The notes below the pieces were generated by a model, which was given only the letters and a program-made list of their open reading frames with translations, did no database searches and had not been told where the DNA came from. A stretch of DNA of 63,653 bases, counting the filler, from Octopus bimaculoides (Eukaryota), in the NCBI RefSeq assembly GCF_001194135.2. It is 7 parts of 6 records of this genome, joined end to end, with 100 filler letters (N's around TTAATTAATTAA, not from the genome) between each part and the next. Parts side by side here need not be neighbours in the genome. Positions count along the whole stretch, not along the records: positions 61,135 to 63,653 come from NW_026432785.1; 6 more parts are not named here. One strand, 5' to 3'. Positions 62,372 to 63,653 of the stretch are shown here, piece by piece. The stretch's first letter is position 1. Each line of letters begins with the position of its first letter. Both the position numbers and the translations under genes were made by a program.

Positions 62372-63575
62372 CAGCCACTCTCTCCCAGCAATATGCTGAA
62401 AGGAAGCTGTCCCTAAAAGGTTGGCAGAGGTGGCAAATGCGTACATCGCATCCATCATCTACTACTGCCTAACTGTCATTCCTTGTCCCGACCCTACCAT
62501 CACCAAACTGGAATGCATCCTCTTCCGTTTCTTGTGGAAAAGAAGTGTTCCAATGGTCAGGTGATCCGTTTGCTGCCAACACCCGCTAAAAGGAGGNNNN
62601 NNNNNNNNNAGGTTGATGATGTGTTCAAGACAACTTTTGAGCCGGGACCTATGGACAACTTCCAGAGATCCCTGGCCTGACAGTGCTGTCGAGAAGTGTT
62701 ACCCATTCAGGATAAGCTCTACAGGCATGGTTCGAGAAGCACTGGGCCAACCTGCCCGAGATGTGGTCAGAGCGACGAAACAGTTCTGCACACNNNNNNN
62801 NNNNNNNNNNNNNNNNNNNNNNNNNNNNNNNNNNNNNNNNNNNNNNNNNNNNNNNNNNNNNNNNNNNNNNNNNNNNNNNNNNNNNNNNNNNNNNNNNNNN
62901 NNNNNNNNNNNNNNNNNNNNNNNNNNNNNNNNNNNNNNNNNNNNNNNNNNNNNNNNNNNNNNNNNNNNNNNNNNNNNNNNNNNNNNNNNNNNNNNNNNNN
63001 NNNNNNNNNNNNNNNNNNNNNNNNNNNNNNNNNNNNNNNNNNNNNNNNNNNNNNNNNNNNNNNNNNNNNNNTCATCAACTTTTTGAAGTATCACTTGAAA
63101 AGGAAGGTGAGAGTAGAGAGGGAAGATTTGTCTAGCAAATGTTTCAATAAAAGATGAGTGAATGTAGCAAGGATAACNNNNNNNNNNNNNNGAGCCACCT
63201 TGAGCATAATCCTATGAACCAGAAAAACAAAGGAAAAAAGAGAGTTACTAACTGTAAATGTGTTATTGTTTGACATTATTGCCTGAGGTTACTGTGGTCT
63301 TTTCGTAGGATTTTCTTTCCACAGATAAACCTCCCCACTGTTGAGAACTATGTTTCTTTACTTTTTGTAATATTTCAACTGTTGTATATCCCAAATGATT
63401 TCGATCCCTTTTCATCGTTGTCCCTATTTTTATTTTTATTTTATTTTNNNNNNNNNNGTTGTCCCTATTTTTATTTTTATTTTATTTTTTTTGTTTTTGT
63501 CTCCCTGGGAAAGATAAACTCTACAATGTATTTGTTCCTTCTGTGTTTAGCCCTGCATGGCATAATAAAGAAATC
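62372..63575 (+). mobile_element. Tx1/L1-clade LINE 3' end, copy 2
   Basis: RKLSLK..AEVANAYIASIIYYCLTVIPCP...FRFLWK..VPMVR, TCPRCGQSDETVLH, FLKYHLKRKVRVER; 3' UTR homologous to 61600-61948. Confidence 0.85.
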
Positions 63576-63653
63576 TATCTTTTCTTTCAATCATTAGACT
63601 GGGGCATCACATTGAAGAATTTAAGTTGAATGAAATGATATCAGTATCGCTTT

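Noticed and set aside
6978-63157. Long ORFs (150-436 aa) in the supplied track
   Set aside because: They consist mostly of X from N gaps, or CV/HT/YI dipeptide runs from dinucleotide repeats.

Overview
This is eukaryotic, AT-rich, gap-ridden scaffold DNA. About a quarter is N, and several gaps carry an artificial TTAATTAATTAA linker. The repeat landscape resembles a coleoid cephalopod (Octopus-like) genome, but this is an inference. I found no intact protein-coding gene; nearly all long ORFs in the supplied track come from N-runs or microsatellites. The window is a mosaic of: (i) several tRNA-head SINE families, one carrying an internal microsatellite; (ii) decayed LINEs, namely a ~2.9 kb RLE-type (R4/Dong-like) element, an RTE, a CR1 3' end and several Tx1/L1-clade 3' ends; (iii) DNA transposon relics (Tc1, two mariners, Tc1/hAT/Harbinger-type MITEs, Helitron ends); (iv) Penelope-like fragments; and (v) dense di-, tri- and tetranucleotide repeats. 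The main hunt result is a set of at least 7 loci with hammerhead-ribozyme-like cores. One (60573-60695) has an intact CUGAUGA/GAAA core with a long, foldable stem II. Two ~240 bp near-perfect palindromes (5351-5586, 26098-26345) are each built from two head-to-head hammerhead motifs. Also notable: a SINE whose 3' tail matches the 3' end of the local Tx1-like LINE, apparent (TATC)n targeting by that LINE, and a few unverified exon candidates. All alignments and translations were done by eye.
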